A stretch of 64,000 nt of DNA from Antedon mediterranea (Eukaryota; Animalia; Echinodermata): the NCBI RefSeq assembly GCF_964355755.1, contig NC_092676.1, positions 13,844,871-13,908,870 on the forward strand. Direction: 5' to 3'. Below the pieces are notes generated by a model that saw nothing but the letters and a program-made list of their open reading frames with translations, was not told the origin of the DNA and ran no database searches. Shown one piece after another: positions 1-13,074 of this stretch. How positions within the stretch are numbered: the stretch's first letter is position 1; every line of letters begins with the position of its first letter. A program made the position numbers and the translations under genes.

Positions 1-276
1 ATGATCTTCGGACGTTTCGTTGGGAGATGTGGTTAACAATTCATTTAGGTCTTCATTTAGAACGGCGGTGAGTGTGTCCGCTTGTGCTCGTAGGGCCTGT
101 GCCTTGCTCCTCGCCTTTAGTATATGTAACTCGGCTTCTTTAGATGCAATTTCCACTGCAGCCATGGCTTCTGTCTCGGCAGCAGCGGCATCTGCTAACA
201 CCGAGGCTCTATGGTTCGATGACCTCGACGATAGCTTTGATGATCGGCGACTGGAGCACGTGGATCGGTTAGACAT
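1..276 (-). mobile_element. BEL/Pao LTR retrotransposon gag N-terminus (ORF open to window edge)
   Basis: Minus-strand ORF from ATG at 276 (MSNRSTCSSRRSSKLSSRSSNHRASVLADAAAAETEAMAAVEIASKEAELHILKARSKAQALRAQ...). Ser/Arg-rich then Ala-rich helix typical of BEL gag; lies just downstream of a PBS. Confidence 0.75.
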
Positions 277-334
277 ACTTGTTTAGGCTAGGCTAGGCTA
301 TATCAGTAAAATGTGATAACTTACTTCTCAAGTA

Positions 335-352
335 ATCCGGCTCGAGGGACCA
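335..352 (-). promoter_or_regulatory. Primer binding site (tRNA-Tyr type) of BEL/Pao element
   Basis: Minus strand TGGTCCCTCGAGCCGGAT, one mismatch from the classic BEL/Pao PBS TGGTCCTTCGAGCCGGAT, 2 nt after an ...AACA LTR end. Confidence 0.85.
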
Positions 353-354
353 AA

Positions 355-561
355 TGTTCTGTTTGGGAGGTTGCTGGGTTTGTTTACTTGAATCTTTACT
401 TGCAAATAAGTACCACACACGAATTGATTATAACAACATCATTTATTTATTAAACAATAACAAACTTTACTGTGACGATACAATCGCCATTTTCAACAAC
501 AACGAAAATCCAACAACAGAGGGCGCTATGACCCTTTTTGGAATATGGCACTGTCTTAACA
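355..561 (-). repeat. 5' LTR of BEL/Pao element (~207 bp)
   Basis: Minus strand TGTTAAG...AGAACA (TGTT/AACA termini), internal AATAAA, abuts the PBS. The outer boundary is inferred. Confidence 0.65.
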
Positions 562-788
562 GTATGACCAACAATCAACTTGGTAACATTAATTCAGACA
601 CTAATTTATCTCTAGACAAGTTTAATAAGTCTAGTTCGCTAGTATAAATAATAAAAGCCTACTTTCTGGCCTAGGCCTACAAATAAATAATTAATTTAAT
701 TTTAAATGTAACAATTATCAAATTACACTACTTTTATTAGTAATGAACCTATTGATGTAAATTCAATTGAATTTAGACCTACTATCAG

Positions 789-1187
789 CTATTTGCTTTC
801 ATAAAATATAGGCTTTACTAGATTCTTACCGTAGGCCCTATGATTGGTTGGTGGTGACTTACCTGAAAAACGCGTTGCATTCGTCGTCATTGTACGATTA
901 TTGTAATCTTTGTACTGTACATTTATATTATTGCTTTTATTAAAATCATACAAAAGTAAATACTCCTCGGGGTCAATTATATCATCGTAAAGTGCGATAT
1001 TTAATGCATCTTGTACGGAAGCCATGGCTGTTTGTTTATATCATATCAAAACTATCGTGACGCGACGTCGTCGCGAATCGCGTATCGTAATCGAACTTTT
1101 TAAAGTGGACGACAACCAGCATTTCACACATCAGCGCGCACTGGTAATCCGTCGTCGTCCCTCTCCGTCGTGTTTCGTAAACTCTCT
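789..1187 (-). mobile_element. PIF/Harbinger element 5' end with truncated transposase N-terminus
   Basis: ORF MASVQDALNIALYDDIIDPEEYLLLYDFNKS resembles invertebrate Harbinger transposase starts. Terminus AGAGAGTTTACGAAACACGACGG...GACGACGACGG resembles Harbinger TIRs with GAC repeats. Confidence 0.6.
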
Positions 1188-1190
1188 ATT

Positions 1191-1447
1191 ATGATGACGT
1201 CATCATGTTAAAATTTGCAATAAAAGACGGGTTCCGTCATTTCCACCTATTCTGCACTGTATGTAGTATGTATATAGTATAGTATAGTGTATAAGACACA
1301 AAATAGAGGGCACACTAAGATTTTATTTTCTTCAGGTCACCAATGGCATAATCGTTCTTCTGTGCGCAATATGCTAAGTATGACAGGCATGTGGTGTTTG
1401 CGCGGCGGATAACCTAACTCGTCTACAGTGACGAGTTCAAATCTAGT
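1191..1447 (+). mobile_element. Helentron/HINE 3' fragment (paralog of 59206-60708)
   Basis: GCGCGGCGGATAACC + hairpin ACTCGTC..GACGAGT + CTAGT; similar to 60270-60345 and 60660-60710. Confidence 0.75.
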
Positions 1448-1494
1448 TAATTGTTCGTTTTATGAAATCTATTTAGTAAAAAAAATCCTTTAGT

Positions 1495-1650
1495 TGAACA
1501 TGCATGCCCTGTGTGGCACAGTTCAATTACGAAAGACCAAACTAAGTAAATAGAAAGAGTTCAAAAAGGAGCTCTACAAATCATTTATGCCATGAACTAT
1601 GTATCCTACGAGTCTGCTCTTATATTATATTGTCAGACCTTCCATCTCTA
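1495..1650 (+). mobile_element. LINE ORF2 C-terminal fragment, part 1
   Basis: Encodes ACPVW...IERVQK.ALQII...SYESAL...DLPSL; reading continues at 5935 (ANRRVQ...). Confidence 0.7.
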
Positions 1651-1969
1651 TGGTAGCACTGTCCTGAATGGCGACACATGTACACTGTTGTTGCTCTTAG
1701 ACTTATTGTAGTCTAAATCAGCGATTGTGGTTGAAGTTTTTGCTGTTTTTTGGTTACGGTGTTATACAGTAGATGAGTGGAAATAGATGAAAAATAGGCG
1801 TTGAGTCAAACAAATTGCAACAGTTTTGTTTTTTTTGCTGAAACATACGCAACTATTATGTAAATATTATCATATCCAAAATCTACCCTGATCTGCCCAT
1901 TATTAATTACCTAATTTGCATAAATTAAAAATGGCTGCGATTTGAAACTTTTGACCCTAATTATCTCGT

Positions 1970-2320
1970 AAACCATCAAGTATTTTATATAAGAATGTAT
2001 TAAACACAAATATAAACATGACCCTAAACATTCGGAATAGCACATTTGATTACCATTTGATGGGTCAAAGGTCATTTCATTATACCTTATAAAAAACCAT
2101 AATTATCTATTAAACCATCGAATATTTAGTATAAGAATGTATTAAATACCAATATAAAAATGACCCTAAACATTCCGAATATGACATTTAATTTGTCATT
2201 TGACCTTCGGTCAAAGGTCATTTCAGTATACCTTATTATAAAAATGCTATGATTATATATTAAACCATTAAATAGTATAAGCATGTATAAAACACCAATA
2301 TAAAAACATGACCATAACAA
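1970..2320. repeat. Tandem repeat, ~145 bp unit x ~2.4
   Basis: TAAACCAT...TATAAG(A/C)ATGTAT...ATGACC...GGTCAAAGGTCATTTCA recurs at ~1970, ~2112 and ~2261. Confidence 0.75.
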
Positions 2321-2509
2321 TTCTAAATAATTCAATCTGGGTTTTGAACTTTTTTTGAACATTAATTTTACATATTAATATATTGTACTATCAATTATTC
2401 AATATTAGGCACATTGGCATAATATTAATTTAAGCTCATACACTAAAGATATCATATTAACAAAATAAAATTTAGAATGTTGCATGAACTCTTACTTGCT
2501 ATGTGTGGT

Positions 2510-3702
2510 CAGTGGCGTATCCAGGATTTTGAAGTTGGGTGGGGGGCCAGGAATTGCCAATTTTCCGACAAAATTAAGCGTGGTTCCCACTAGAACGCAT
2601 CACAACATTCATTCATTCATTCATTCATTTATTCGGTCAAAATCAACATACAATACATGATTACATAACAATGTTACAATACAAAAAGTCAATAAGTCAT
2701 ATTGTCTTATATGGGATAACGATGCAAAATTAAAACCAAATTAAATATTATCTGTTAGTATGTTGTATTAATATTACAATAAAAAAAGAATTACAAAAAT
2801 CTGACTTGTAGTTTTCGAAATATAGGGTCTAAAACATCGCCGAAAATGATCGTTTTTAGCTACGAAAGAAGTAAAACAATTTGCGGCCTTAGTCGACAAT
2901 TCTATTAACTACGCCATTTTTGGTTAAAATAATATATAATTAAGTTTTTTAGTAATTTATTTTATATATCACCATTGGAAATATCAATAAAACATGTTAT
3001 TAAATGCTTATAAAATATATAAAGTTGTTTACTTAACGGAATTCGGACAAATTCATTGCTCTAACTTTGTGTAGTAACGATCAGAGAGACCATTATGATC
3101 GACTTCATGGTACACGCGCGAGAGAAAACATTCCGCTGCGGGTGATTCGCATCCACCAATCAAATCAGCCAGAATCCAAAATCATTCAACCGTGAGCAAT
3201 GCCAATCACGAGAAAGCTCAGCTTCCAATTCCAAAAATTAAAAAAATTGAATAATAAAGGCCTCATATCGAGAAAAAAACGGGTTTTTGGCACTTATAAT
3301 AAATATATCTCAGATAAAAAAGCCCATGGCATGTGGAACTATTATAATCTTAGCGTAGGAAGACATACAAACACCAGGTCATGAGAGGCTCAACTGCAAA
3401 AACAAGGTTGAATAGGGTATGTTCAAAGACTTTTGAGTAAACAATCTAGCGTGTACGGCCGTTCGTGCTAGATGATAAGATATTTTAATCACATTGTTTT
3501 ACGTGTTTGGTTAGATGTAATGAAAATAAAAAATAGTTGATCTGAAGGGAATGATATGATATGTAAAAAAACAAACACTCAAAAGAATTATGTGTACAGT
3601 TCAATTATTGTCAGAATAATAGTTTATTCTTATTTGCCTAACTTTTTTTTTTCAAATCACCACAAACCCCCCCCCCCCCCTCCCCCACTGGATACGCCAC
3701 TG
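2510..3702 (+). mobile_element. Non-autonomous hAT element, copy 1
   Basis: TIR CAGTGGCGTATCCAG / CTGGATACGCCACTG; perfect 8-bp TSD TGTGTGGT; paralog at 18146-21867. Confidence 0.92.
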
Positions 3703-3748
3703 TGTGTGGTTGTATCGAATTTGTGGTAACACAACTTAATAAAGAAAC

Positions 3749-4407
3749 TTAAAAGTTTATAAACATCCGTTGGTGTACAACACAGTATAACTTTCCTCTA
3801 ATTTGATAAAAATCTGTAACATTGTTATAGATAGATATCACTATCTCCAATAATATCAGTATTGTCTTCCAACAAAATATTTGTACAGATGCCATCCTGG
3901 CATTCGCCACAAGAGTTTGTACAGTAGAGGCCATTTTTTTGTAAGAACATTGTAAGGTATCGCAATATCCCTTACATTTGCACCTTATTACCTTCAACAG
4001 TTCACGAGGTGCAGGGCTAGAATCCATAGTAATAGGCATCAACTTTCCATTCTGTAATTTCCAACCCCACTCTTCTGGCTTTAGGTGGTTGTTCCCCATC
4101 CACACGAATGATATTTGCAGAGTCTGATGTAGGTGGAATGCTTTGTACTTCTATACTACAAATGCTTTTTAGAACTTTTTCATTGAATTTCTCATGGCGC
4201 ACGTCATTAATGCTTTCTTCACATCCACCATACAAATGAACAAGGGCTGTCACCAGCTTTCTTAATTGTATCGTGATTCGAATATCTTGAAAGAAATAGT
4301 TCTCCGTGTTGCGTAAGTAACTCTTTTTTCTTTAAAACTATCCATTTCCCGATGCTGTATAGACGAGAGGTGGTATCACATCCACAAAGAGCGTGAAGAA
4401 ATGGCAA
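3749..4407 (-). pseudogene. Frameshifted C-terminus of transposon-associated H3TH-like + CXC protein
   Basis: Three frames join: PFLHALCGCDTTSRLYSIGK / LYGG..IPPTSDSA / WMGN.LKPEEWGW..PAPRELLKVIRCKCKGYCDTLQCS. Confidence 0.8.
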
Positions 4408-4429
4408 AAATCTTCAAAACTGATCTTTA

Positions 4430-4650
4430 ACACTAGTATTTTTCGTAAAATGTTTCATTAGAGAAAAAAAATATATACATTTTGAATAAATCAGTGAAAA
4501 AATAAATTCTCTCGGACTAGTAGTTTTTGAGATATGGTAACCCTGTAATTTCACCCTAATTTGCATATTTAAGCTAATTTGCATATCATCAGGATGAGTG
4601 ACAGAGGTGTATAGCTCAAATTTTGATCTCCTCATCATATATGACCATTT
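4430..4650 (-). repeat. Dispersed repeat fragment (inverted copy at 30895-31055; related tandem units 31170-31890)
   Basis: Near-identical TAATTTGCATAT...GTGACAGAGGTGT...TTTTGATCTCCTCATCATAT segment. Confidence 0.75.
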
Positions 4651-4712
4651 AAAAAAGAAAAATCTCTGTTTGCAATTTGTTTCACTCAAAATGATAGATT
4701 GCCTAGCCTACA

Positions 4713-5934
4713 ATGCAGTTCGCATACAGAGCGCATCGTGGTGTAGAGGATGCTACAGCAACACTCCTACATTTCATACATAAACATAGATCTAAAAGGT
4801 ACTTATTCAAGAGTTTTATTTATTGACTCTTCCTCGGCCTGTAATACAATCCAATGTCATGTTCTTTTAACCAAGCTCCTGAAACTCAACATTAATCCAT
4901 CATTGATAATGTGGGTTAGAAACTTTCTCCACAATAGGACCCAACAAGTCAACGTAAACAAACACACCTCTAATATACTCTACAATAATACCGGTTCCCC
5001 ACAAGGATGTGTCTTATCCCCCTGCTGTACATCCTCTACTCCAATGATTGCTGTCCTCTGTCCTGAATGGCGGTCAAGTATGCCGACGACACTGCTCTTG
5101 TGGGTCTAACCATGGAAAGGAAGCCTTACTCTATAAATGAATATTATAATGAGGTGTCAAGGTTTACTGCCTGGTGTAATGATAATTATTTAAAATTAAA
5201 TACCAAAAAGACATGTAAAATGATAATTGACTTCCGGAAAAATAAATTGAATGAAAATCTAAAAATTGGAAACGATAACATTAGGATTGTGTCTGAAATT
5301 CAATATTTAGGTACCACTATTGATGATCGGTTAAAATGGAATCAAAATACACTCAGACTTTATATGATGCCTCAACTAAGAAAATTTAATTTTGACAAAA
5401 CAATTCTTAAACTTTACTATAATTCTTTGATTTCTAGTGTTATTTCATTCTGTTTTACAATCTGGTTTAACTGTTTAAGTCAAAAAGACTATGCATTATT
5501 AAATAAAATAAACAGAAGGGCGTATATGATTACTGCAATGACCATAGATGATATGACATCTACCTATGAAAAAACTGTGATCTCTATGGTAATGCGCCGT
5601 ATCCTATCACAACCTTCTCATCCGCTCTATAAAGAATATAATTTTCTACCATCATTAATCCGACTTCACTCCCATTGTGTGCGAGCAACCCGTTATTCCA
5701 AATTATTTATCCCTAAGTCAATTACAGTTTTCAACAACACCGTTACTAGATAATTTGATTCCGTTTAAGTAATTTATTGTGTATAACGTTTATGTGTAAT
5801 TTTGTATAGTGTGTATAATGTTCTTTTACATTTATTCGTTCTTTAAATAGTGTACAAAAAACGAATTTCCGATATGTTTTATTGGACCAAATAAATGCTG
5901 TGAGAGCAGTGCATTATTATTATTATTATTATTA
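4713..5934 (+). mobile_element. Rex1/Babar-like LINE, 5'-truncated, degenerate RT with 3' tail
   Basis: QFAYRAHRGVEDA, RVLFIDSSSACNTI, GSPQGCVLSP, KYADD, LKLNTKKT motifs; AATAAA then (ATT)n tail. Confidence 0.88.
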
Positions 5935-6340
5935 GCTAACAGAAGAGTCCAACTCTTACTGAAATTTGGTAAAGGATTAATAAAGTCTGATACATTTAGA
6001 AGCATTCTTCCCCCCGTTTGTGACATTAGCAGAACCCTGAGGTCTGCGCGTAAGCATCGACTTGAAATCCCGCTTGGTCGTACAGAGAGATTTAGATCTT
6101 CACCAGTCCCTTTCTAAGTCCGACTCATTATTGATGATGTTTCAATGAATATTGAATAGGCTGGTACTATTTAACTTACCGGTGGACACATTTTAATGTG
6201 TTAATTTTTTTTTAAACTAGTTTTACTATTTATACATACTGTATGTATATATTTTTTTTATCAAATATTGTAAAATACTACTTTTCAGCATTTTGGTTGC
6301 CGTTGTATTATTGATTTCTTTTTTTATGAATAAATATACC
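5935..6340 (+). mobile_element. LINE ORF2 C-terminal fragment, part 2 plus 3' UTR
   Basis: ANRRVQLLLKFGKGLIKSDTFRSILPP...RTERFRSSPVPF continues the 1495-1650 fragment. Confidence 0.7.
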
Positions 6341-7360
6341 TGAATATATAGTCTACTGCATGTAAAAAAACTAATGAATGTCACGAGTACAATTAGAATG
6401 TACAATTATTAACCATTTGTTAAACTACAAAAAAGGTATCTATTTCGTCTAATTAAAACCATAAACATTGAGAATATTTTTACTAATTTTGTTTCATCAT
6501 TTAATTTGTTTAAACGCCATGATATTTCTAATATGTCTGAGGAAACTTAATTGTATATATTTAGTCTTTTCAGTCGCAACTTTTCCCACGTGTTCTGTTT
6601 TGCCCTGGTTATTGAGATTTTAATTTCCATTGATTTACTGTTTCATATTGATTTTTAGTACCGGGCCTAGCGATTTGAGCTATTGTTACGCACAGGGCCT
6701 ATGAAACGCAACATAAAACAGCCACAAATCGTAATTAAAACAACGTTTTGAAAAAATACCACCCCAAAAACAAGCATATTTCTTTAAAAAATAATTTTAC
6801 GAATTGCATTTATTTTTTTTTGGTTTGATTTATACGATTTGTAGCTGTACACATTTAAAGCATATTTCGTACAAAACTAATATTTTACGAATTGCGTTGA
6901 TTTTAAAGAATTTTTTGTTGTTGATTTTACGATTTGCTGGTCTACATATAACTTGAATAAATTTCATAGAAAGCCGATTGGTCTATGGTATAAACATTAT
7001 TTTTATGTTCATTATGAAAAAAGTGCACTTTAGGCCTATCAAACACAATCTCAAAGGACATATAGGCATACCTACATTTTGTATTACAACATTACACTGT
7101 ATATAAATCTTAAATATTACGTAGTACTCTATGGTGCTGCTGGGCACGACAATGAGCTGACGTGCATAAAAGGTTCGCTGAATAAACTCAATATTTGCAT
7201 ATAATCAGCTTAACCACTGGCAAAAAAAACAATTAATCGTCCAAGACAACATGTCTACTACTACCAGATCGTCCGGGCAAATAAATCAAAACGTGGATCT
7301 ACAAAAACAAGTGATTCTACTAAGCCTGTCACTAACATCAACAACGAAGGTGAGTTAGAC

Positions 7361-9651
7361 CATGGATTAAAGAATAGAAGGATATGCATCGACGTGAGAT
7401 CAAGGGTTCCTTGACTCTCGCCGACAGACCGCGGACCGCCCACAATCATTGTCATCAGTTTAATTAACCGCATGGTAACAACGAAACGGTCGCGTGCCTA
7501 ATATATTGTTTACTACTGCACATGTGCAACGACATTTAACTTTGTTGGCTACGCTTCTTTCGCGCGTTCTTTGGTGGCATGATGATAGCGCTAGCAACAA
7601 TGGCGACAAACAATTTATACGACGACGAATTTAGTTATAACCTTTCTGATGAGGAATTGTAGATGCTATAATTGTAATTAGTATAGGTTTCTGCCGCGAT
7701 TGATCTACGCTAATGTTTTTATGACTTTAAAGTAGCATTTTATGACCTAACTATGACATCTGAGACAATAACTATTTGTTGTCTCATCCTACATACATGT
7801 AAAATTACAAAATCAGCAAGGATACTTGGCCTAGGCCTTCTAGGCTTACTAGTAAACCATAATATGATTTGCCGACATTGATACTGCCTAGGTAGACAAC
7901 GTGTAATCATGATCTATATACTCACCGTTGTCTTACTTCTTATGTGAATAATAATAGGTACTTCGTTTGTTCGTGTTTAAGTTTGCCCTGCGTGTACTTT
8001 TCAAAACGACCGCTAGGTAACGAATCGCAACTATACATAGCCAGCCAATCCCGGATCAGGGATCGCTGTTTTCATTCAATTAGACCCGGTGATTGGATGT
8101 GATGTGAATGACATAACCACTAGCCAATCACCAGGCACTACAATTTAAATATAATCACATCGATCATTAAGGAGATTTATGAAGAAACCACTGCTTAGCC
8201 ATATATTAAAAACACGATTGTTGTATGGGTGAACACCGGCCAGCGATTTTTTTTCGTACATAAGTTGGGGACCCCTCATGAAACGTCACAAAATAAACAT
8301 GAATAATTCATCAGTTAAATTTTCTTGTTCCGTGTGCACCCAAGCGTATAGCAACAAGAAGTGATTACACAAGTGCGGTACGATTCTAGGCCTATCTCCG
8401 CTGTTGTTGCGGCGTGCGATTTCATAGAAGAATAGCTGCGTTTTGTGTGGATTGTCGAAATAATCAGCCTTTAGTTTATGGTGTTTTTAATATAATTTAT
8501 TACTAAAGAATTACGTGTTAAAATTATAGTTTCTATTAATACTATTAGGCCTAATTATTAGTCTCTAAACCCATGTCTATTCTAGTAGTAGCTGTGTGGG
8601 TGTGTGTGACGTGTGTGTGTTAGGTATGACCAAAGATAGTTACACTATCTTTGGTATGACACAATCCGAGTAATAAGTCAGCAAAATTAAACAATAAACA
8701 TTACACAAAAATACATTTTTTATTCTCGTGGGTCAAATCTTCCCATCTCATGTGTTCATATACGCGCATTTTTAAAGTTCCTTTGAGTACATGCATATTG
8801 TTTGATAATAAAATAGCAGAATTAAAAAAATACAGTACACAAATTATACACATTCTTTATTCTTGTGGGTCTAAGCTTTCTTTGGGCTATGTCCAATGAA
8901 TTACTACTTAGTTTAATGTCTTGCCTAGCTGTCGATTAGCCTCGACTCGACACATTTTGTGTGAAGAGTGCGCGAAGGCAATCACGTGAATTGACTTAGA
9001 ATCCTAGGCCTACTGTAGAAAGTATCGTATCGCAGTTGTGTATAATCACTTCTTGTTGCTATACGCTTGGGTGCACACGGAACAACAAATTAATGAATTA
9101 TTCATGTTTATTTTGTGACGTTTCATCAGGGGGTCCCCAACTTATGTACGAAAAACAAAATCGCCACCGGCCACGCTAACAACATACATGGTCAAATGCA
9201 TAATTTAATATTCTATAGATTAACGCAATTTTTAATGACAGAAGATGGCAGGCAAATTATGATAATTCAAATATAAAAATTGCATATTTTATTAATATTA
9301 CCAACTACTTAAAATTACCAGTCGTAAGAAAGTGAACTTTTCGTAGTCCGATTGTGATGAAACTAAAACAGAATTATTCAGCAATATATTTTTGTTGTCA
9401 ATTAATCATCGACGCAGACATGTCAATAGAACATTCAGACTGCGCATACGATTTCTACATGGTTACGTTTTGGTCTCAAAAAATGTAACAGTTGATTCGC
9501 AGCGTTTTACCAGAGGGCCGCGGTTAGAGACACGGAGTTCAATGAGCGTGTTTGTTTGTTTGATTGGCAGCAGTGCTTTAGTATAGGCAAGCGCATTGTA
9601 AAATCGTTTGATGTCACCGTCGATGCATATCCTTCTATTCTTTAATCCATG
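7361..9651. mobile_element. Non-autonomous P-superfamily-like element
   Basis: 34-bp perfect TIR CATGGATTAAAGAATAGAAGGATATGCATCGACG; 7-bp TSD GTTAGAC; inserted into the LINE ORF1. Confidence 0.8.
8243..9164. mobile_element. MULE-like MITE with ~150-bp TIRs
   Basis: TIRs GCGATTTT...GTGCACCCAAGCGTATAGCAACAAGAAGTGATT; 9-bp direct repeat CACCGGCCA on both sides. Confidence 0.75.
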
Positions 9652-10805
9652 GTTAGACCCACCCAGCATACCGCAGCCCGATGACTTGGGTCCAGGCCAA
9701 CTTTCGGATATGATACGGCGGTACTTAGGGATACACAACACCTTCTATCCGATGACAAAGAACTTGTAAACATAGTTGCAGAAAGTATAAGTCAACATAT
9801 CTTGTCATCGCCGGTCCTGCTCAACAGTATTGTTACATCGATATGTGAAAATGAAACGATCATAAAATCGATATTGTGAAACCATAATAGAGCGGGTAAG
9901 TCAAAATGTTTACGTTACCCATGACAACCAACTTGTAGAGGGCGAGATTTATTAACTTAAAGAGACTAACACAAAACTGAAGCAAGATATAAACACAATA
10001 AATGAAAAGTTAGATGACTTAGAACAATATAGCAGACGGAACTGCCTAATATTACACGGGGTTCCAGAATCTACAAACGAAAACACAGATGCATCTGCAT
10101 TAGACATCATAACATCTCGTATCACCAACAACGTGGAAATAACGGACTTTGATCGTGTTCGGTAGGAAAAAGCTACTTCATGACAAGATCAAATCCAAAC
10201 CTTGTCCAATCATAATGAAGTTTAAAGCATACTCTATTCGTGCGGACGTGTTTCGAAATAAGAAATCTCCATACACAATAACTGAAAACCTAACGCAAAA
10301 ACGGATTATGTGGCTATAACGTCCTTCCTTTTTAAAATGTATTGTGATGAACATAATTAATCATCTTTAAAAAAATTGTTACGCCATTATCTATCAATTT
10401 ATAAATGCAAATCACGAGAAATTAATGCGAACGTATTATTATTTACACTTGTAATTAATAATCGTCCTTTTTTCTTATTTTTTTTGTAACCAATCAATTT
10501 GTTTCTTTTTTTATCTATGTTATGTACTGTAATAAGTGTATTTTTTTTTTTGTCACAACACTGCTCACACTAACTGTTTATCTTCTAGTCTTTACAACCC
10601 CTCTACTGTTATAAATGCTTAAGCAATCTACTTACTTTCAACCACATCGATGACGTCGAAGAATTCCAACATGAAATAAGCCAACTTAATCACGATCAAT
10701 TAATTAATTTCTCAAAATTAAAACACCTAAATATTAACCCATTCAAACTTAACTACACTGACGATTATAATGACTATTTAGTCAACAACGATACCTGTGA
10801 ATACT

Positions 10806-11745
10806 GATTCAGATTCAGATAATATTTATTTAGATAATAATGAATGAATATATACAAAATAGAAAAAAGATATTAAAGTGAACATAGATAAAGCAGTAAT
10901 TGGTAGTCATTATTATCATGGATCCCTTCTAGAAGTTAAAAACTTGTCTCGTAGGGACCCACAACAAAACACATTACTAAAAAAAATAAAAATAACCTAG
11001 AATATATAATTATATAATTTAGGATAAAAAATTACAGTATAATAACATAACTAACATCTTCTTTATAAAAATTATTTAAATTATATTTCAATAGTTTCAT
11101 GATAATTATAAATGAAATAACTACCGATATTGGTAAATGAAAAAAAAAAAAATATGTATACATAAATTATAATTCCAGTATATAGTATATACTATATATA
11201 CATTATATATAGTATAGATTAAAGATTGCAATAATAAACAACAACTAATATTTTGTGTAAGACATAAATAGTATATGAGTATAAATAATGATAATAAGCA
11301 TAATAACTAAGCAGTATAATATTTAGATATATAATGATTCTTTAACTTTTTTCGGAAAGTAAATAATGATATTGACGTTTTGATATTTGGTGGGATATGA
11401 TTCCACAAATTAGGACCTGATATAGTTAAAAATTTAGTTTTAGTAAGTCTAGCAAAAGGAATGTTTAAATGAGAAGTTCTTAAATTGTAATTGTGAAATT
11501 TGGTACGTTTACAGAGCATATCAATCATAGAAATAGGAAGTTGGTTTTTAAAATAATTAAACATAAAACTGGCAACTTGAACATTGTGGATATCCGTTAA
11601 TTTTAATATACCAAGACGTTTAAAAAGGGGTTCAGATGAGGTTCTATATGGTGAAAAAGTAATAATTCTAGCTGCACGTTTTTGTAATTTAGTTAATCTA
11701 GCAATATTAGAAGAGTAATCTGCAGCCCAAATAATGTTACAAAAC
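10806..11745 (-). mobile_element. CR1/Crack LINE 3' end inserted antisense in the other LINE
   Basis: LQKRAARIITFSPYRTSSEPLFKRLGILK...GPNLWNHIP...FRKKLK, 3' UTR, AATAAA and (ATCTGA)n tail. Confidence 0.85.
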
Positions 11746-13074
11746 TACTTTAATGATACATTTAATACCAGATTTACTAATGATAAATTCAGTATAATAC
11801 ACATGAATTCACGTAGCCTAACCAAAAATATTGATTTTCAATAATAGGACTCAGTGAAACCTGGTTCAATAATAACAATGCTCCTCCTCCACTTACTAAC
11901 ATCCAAGGATATATACAATGGCCCAATCCGACCGCACAGGAAAGAAAGGCGGAGGAGTTGCCTTGTTTATAGATCGCCCAACAGCTCAATTCATACATTC
12001 AACAACAACCTATCTACCTCAATTGATACTTTGTCTAAAGAGAAATATTTGTTCATTTGTGGAGATTTTAATCTTGATCTTTTAAATTCTTTAACCCACG
12101 GACCCACCAATGACTTTCTGAATACAATGTACGCTGCCTATCTCTATCTTCTTATTGACAAACCTACAAGAATCACGACCAAATATTCCACCCTCATCGA
12201 CAACATTTTCACTAACGTAATAAAACACAACATCACTCCAGGAGTTCTTTTCAACGACATAACTGATCACTTTCCTGTATTTCTTCTATTGAACACATCA
12301 AACGAACCCACAACCAATGCTAAAGAAAACTTCTACTCAAGAAAAATGACAAATTATTTGCATCACTAGGAATTGATCTAATGACCACTGAATGGAATGA
12401 AATATACCAGCATAACTCAGCAAATGAGTCTTTTAATTTATTTAGTAACAAATTTTCCATCTTATATAACCAAAACATACCTAGAAAAAAGATTAAAATA
12501 AACAAACAAAAAATAGCAAAACCATGGATAACAAAAGGAATTATTAAATCCATAAACACTGGAAACAAGTTGTAAAAAAAATATTTAAAATTACCAATAT
12601 CAAAGAACAAAACAAAGTACATAGACTATAGAAACAAACTAACCAAACTTATCAAAATATCACGTAAACAACACTTCTCAAACAAATTTAACAGCTACAA
12701 AGACAACATTAAAAAAACGTGGCAAACAATCAACAACGCACTTGGCAAAAACACAACTAAAAATATACCTAATTTCTTTAATAACAATGACTCAAAAATC
12801 ACCGACCCCGTAGATATTGCTACCAATTTTAACCGATACTTTGCAGAAATAGGTCCTACGTATGCCTCAAACCTTCAATCATCTTCCGGGAGCCATTCTG
12901 ATTTTCTAAAAGACCCTATTAAAAACTCTATTTTTTTCGCTCCTACTTCTAAAAAAGAAATTATTGACATAACCTCAAAATTCAAAAAAGGTAAAAGTCC
13001 GGGCCTTGACGATATATCTCCAAAAGTAGTTAAAGACATTGCACCTCTAATTTCGGAACCGTTAACATCTAATA

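Larger units (their letters stand above)
7251..13070 (+). mobile_element. CR1/Crack-type LINE 5' half (ORF1 + APE endonuclease + RT linker), degenerate and interrupted
   Basis: ORF1 LEQYSRRNCLILHGVPESTNENTD...PIIMKF...ITENLT (~9650-10320). ORF2 SIIHMNSRSL, GLSETW, YRSPNS, CGDFNLDLL, PTRIT..STLIDNIF, TDHFPVF, KSPGLDDI. Confidence 0.88.

Noticed and set aside
20-286. Plus-strand 88-aa ORF
   Set aside because: Antisense shadow of the BEL gag ORF.
1644-1673. 12-15 bp matches to the Rex1 LINE at 5058 and 5580
   Set aside because: Too short to interpret; one overlaps the host LINE junction and may be chance.
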